Part shown: piece by piece, positions 62,343 to 64,000 of the stretch
Layout of the letters: the number at the start of each line of letters is the position of its first letter
How positions within the stretch are numbered: the first letter of the stretch is position 1
Source: a virus
Taxonomy: Duplodnaviria; Caudoviricetes
Strand: one strand, 5' to 3'
IMG/VR virus record: IMGVR_UViG_3300022893_000001
Span: 1-64,000 of that record
Length of the DNA: 64,000 bases
Notes under the pieces: generated by a model
Told to the model about the DNA's origin: nothing
The model's input: only the letters and a program-made list of their open reading frames with translations
Database searches by the model: none
Made by a program: the position numbers and the translations under genes

Positions 62343-62593
62343 GAGAGTTTCTCCTGTTCTTTCTCGACACTGCCCCAGGCGCGCCCGGCCACGGTTGCCG
62401 CCATCGTGCGCACACTCGACAGTTCGACCCAGGCTGTCCCGTCGCCGGCCACCGGCTGAATTAACAGCCGATTCTTTCCCCAGGACACCTTGACGTCTTT
62501 AACGACACAATCTATCCAGAGGTCGCCGGCCCGCAACTGCACCGGCTGACCCACGGCTATGCTCATCTCGTTCGCTGTGTAACGGGCGCTCAT
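62321..62593 (-). CDS. Small SH3-like beta protein
   Basis: V.DVKVSWG..RLLI.PV.G.G..WV pattern. Confidence 0.65.
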   Translation of the reverse strand: MSARYTANEMSIAVGQPVQLRAGDLWIDCVVKDVKVSWGKNRLLIQPVAGDGTAWVELSSVRTMAATVAGRAWGSVEKEQEKLSWIKVQS

Positions 62594-63078
62594 TTCGACG
62601 CCTCCGCCCACTGCGCAGTCTGGAGGTAGCCCGCCCAGTGCGCCATTGCCCGCTCGCGCGTGCCGTGCAGTTCATGCGTGCCAAACGGCCCGCCCTCCAT
62701 CCGCCAGTGGTCCCCGGACCGGGTCAGAGCCAGCGACACCCCGCCCCGTTGCGCCACGGCTTCTAACGTGCGCTGCGCGGCGTTCATGTAGATCCCCGCC
62801 GCCCAGTCGGATATCACGTCAAGGTTGGTGCACTCCGCCGCTATCGGGGACGTGTGCGAAATGAAGGGTTGATTCCCCTCCGCCCAGTCGCGCTCGGTTG
62901 CGTAGATATCCGCGCCCCAGTTGCAATCATCGACGCCGAAGGTCACCACCGGGAACCGCTCGTCTATGCGGGCATCCGCCCCGCCCACCGCGATAAATCC
63001 CGGATACTCAAACGTCGCCGGGAGCCCGCGCTTGACGAGTTCGTCAGTCACGGCTTGCACAAGTTCTAGAGTCTTCAT
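62590..63078 (-). CDS. Hypothetical protein
   Basis: RBS GAGGTGA; ATG 63078. Confidence 0.65.
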   Translation of the reverse strand: MKTLELVQAVTDELVKRGLPATFEYPGFIAVGGADARIDERFPVVTFGVDDCNWGADIYATERDWAEGNQPFISHTSPIAAECTNLDVISDWAAGIYMNAAQRTLEAVAQRGGVSLALTRSGDHWRMEGGPFGTHELHGTRERAMAHWAGYLQTAQWAEASK

Positions 63079-63176
63079 AACTATCCTTTTCACCTCGAAA
63101 TTTGCGCCCTTCAAATCTGCGATAGAGTCGCACTTGATCCCGGCGGAGTCACACTCCCCGCCGGGCCCTTGCAAAC

Positions 63177-63422
63177 CTACAGCGGGTGCACGCGATCCGC
63201 CGGCCACTTAGCCTTTGCGGCTTCCCACAACTCAACCGCATCCGGCTCCGCCAAACCAGCCCCCAGGTAGAGCCCGCGCAACTCGGCGTAACGCATCCGG
63301 TTCGCGACGCTCTCCCGGACATCCGCCGGGCCCGCCTGGTACCAGAACCACGCGCCCGCCGCTACCATCTCGGCGCGCATCCGCCCCAGGTCCATCCGCC
63401 GGTCCTCCGCGCGCGCCTTCAC
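63177..63422 (-). CDS. Hypothetical protein
   Basis: GGAGG RBS before GTG; GTGA coupling. Confidence 0.6.
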   Translation of the reverse strand: MKARAEDRRMDLGRMRAEMVAAGAWFWYQAGPADVRESVANRMRYAELRGLYLGAGLAEPDAVELWEAAKAKWPADRVHPL

Positions 63423-63724
63423 TTGGACACCTCCGCCACCTTGGCCGGCGCGCTCTTCTGAGCCCACGCCCCGTTACCCTTCGACGCCTTCACGCCTTCA
63501 CACTCGCTATCGGTCGCACAAGCCGCCGCCGCGCGCCAGCAACGCTTGCACTCATGCAAGCCATGCTTGATCGCCTCCGCCCGCTCAGCGTGCAACTGGT
63601 GAGCCTTGCCGCCGCGCGTGCTGCACGTCACCGTCTTGTGGAACGCCTTGCTCGCGTTGCCGAAATGCACCGTTTCGGCGAGCATCCCCGCCGCCATCAC
63701 CAGCCCTAACAGAACCGTCTTCAT
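63419..63724 (-). CDS. Signal-peptide protein with Ada-like metal-binding motif and CATDSECE
   Basis: MKTVLLGLVMAAGMLA; FH...TC..AEAIKHGLHECKRC. Confidence 0.7.
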   Translation of the reverse strand: MKTVLLGLVMAAGMLAETVHFGNASKAFHKTVTCSTRGGKAHQLHAERAEAIKHGLHECKRCWRAAAACATDSECEGVKASKGNGAWAQKSAPAKVAEVSK

Positions 63725-63805
63725 TTCACTTTCACCTCAACTAAGAAATTCGGGAAAGATTCCCGCTCGGCGCGCCCCAGTCGGGATGCGCCTAGCGTGA
63801 GCCTG

Positions 63806-64000
63806 TCACGCGCACTGGGCCCATACAATCGGCCCAGGCTTAACCGGCGTCCCCGCCTCTATCGCCCGCTCGATATTGACCAACTGCAAATCTTTCTTGA
63901 ACGCATGGCCGATAGACTTCTCAACCCGGACATACTCGGAGAGCAGAGCCCGGTTGTGCTCGCCGGCAATCTGCAACGCTTCCGGCGGAGCAAAGATACA
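63806..64000 (-). CDS. Partial CDS (runs off window)
   Basis: 65 open codons ending in TGA at 63806. Confidence 0.5.
   Translation of the reverse strand, partial: CIFAPPEALQIAGEHNRALLSEYVRVEKSIGHAFKKDLQLVNIERAIEAGTPVKPGPIVWAQCA

Larger units (their letters stand above)
56234..63765 (-). repeat. Six dispersed pentaloop hairpins just upstream of GAGGTG RBSs
   Basis: 56234-56246, 59816-59828, 60688-60702, 61961-61973, 63118-63132, 63751-63765; stem-GA-(NWCTW)-TC-stem in mRNA sense. Confidence 0.7.

Noticed and set aside
51005-63765. Integron-like array (recombinase plus small ORFs separated by palindromes)
   Set aside because: No RYYYAAC/GTTRRRY attC ends, no IntI-specific insertion in the recombinase, and most ORFs are translationally coupled rather than separate cassettes.
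1-64000. tRNA, tmRNA or rRNA genes
   Set aside because: No cloverleaf with T-loop and D-loop consensus found in the intergenic gaps by eye; a tRNAscan-SE run would settle it.

Overview
The whole window is bacteriophage DNA (GC-rich, no host genes seen), from a podovirus-like dsDNA phage. Layout: (1) 1-39.6 kb, rightward virion module: large terminase, portal, scaffold, major capsid, adaptor, nozzle-like protein, beta-helix tail fibre, three ejection-type proteins, a 4040-aa polyvalent protein, then a head-spike-like module with a collagen fibre. (2) 39.6-49.6 kb, rightward recombination, modification and replication operon: HTH regulator, putative annealase, SbcC-like ATPase, ASCH, RusA-like nuclease, QueD coupled to a minimal TGT/DpdA-like enzyme, initiator and loader. 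(3) 49.6-64 kb, mostly leftward array of small early genes, with a tyrosine recombinase and a short rightward island. Strongest candidate for an undescribed system: the 12-kb polyvalent gene (ParB-like, two zincin-like repeats, HipA-like kinase, glycosylase-like and LPD38-like domains) contains three small genes nested in its +1 frame. Each sits at a domain boundary, with a ribosome-binding site 7 nt before the start, a switch of codon bias into the nested frame, and an AT-shifted upstream patch. My inference is that they are embedded immunity or regulatory partners of the effector domains. Other highlights: QueD plus TGT-like DNA-modification pair; recombinase gene bracketed by duplicated gene starts (possible 806-bp self-excising unit); covarying pentaloop hairpin repeated six times before early-gene RBSs; pseudoknot over the initiator RBS; TTGCGCAA operator candidates. 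Domain calls come from motif recognition by eye; no searches were run. No tRNA, CRISPR array, reverse transcriptase, DNA polymerase or recognisable endolysin was seen.
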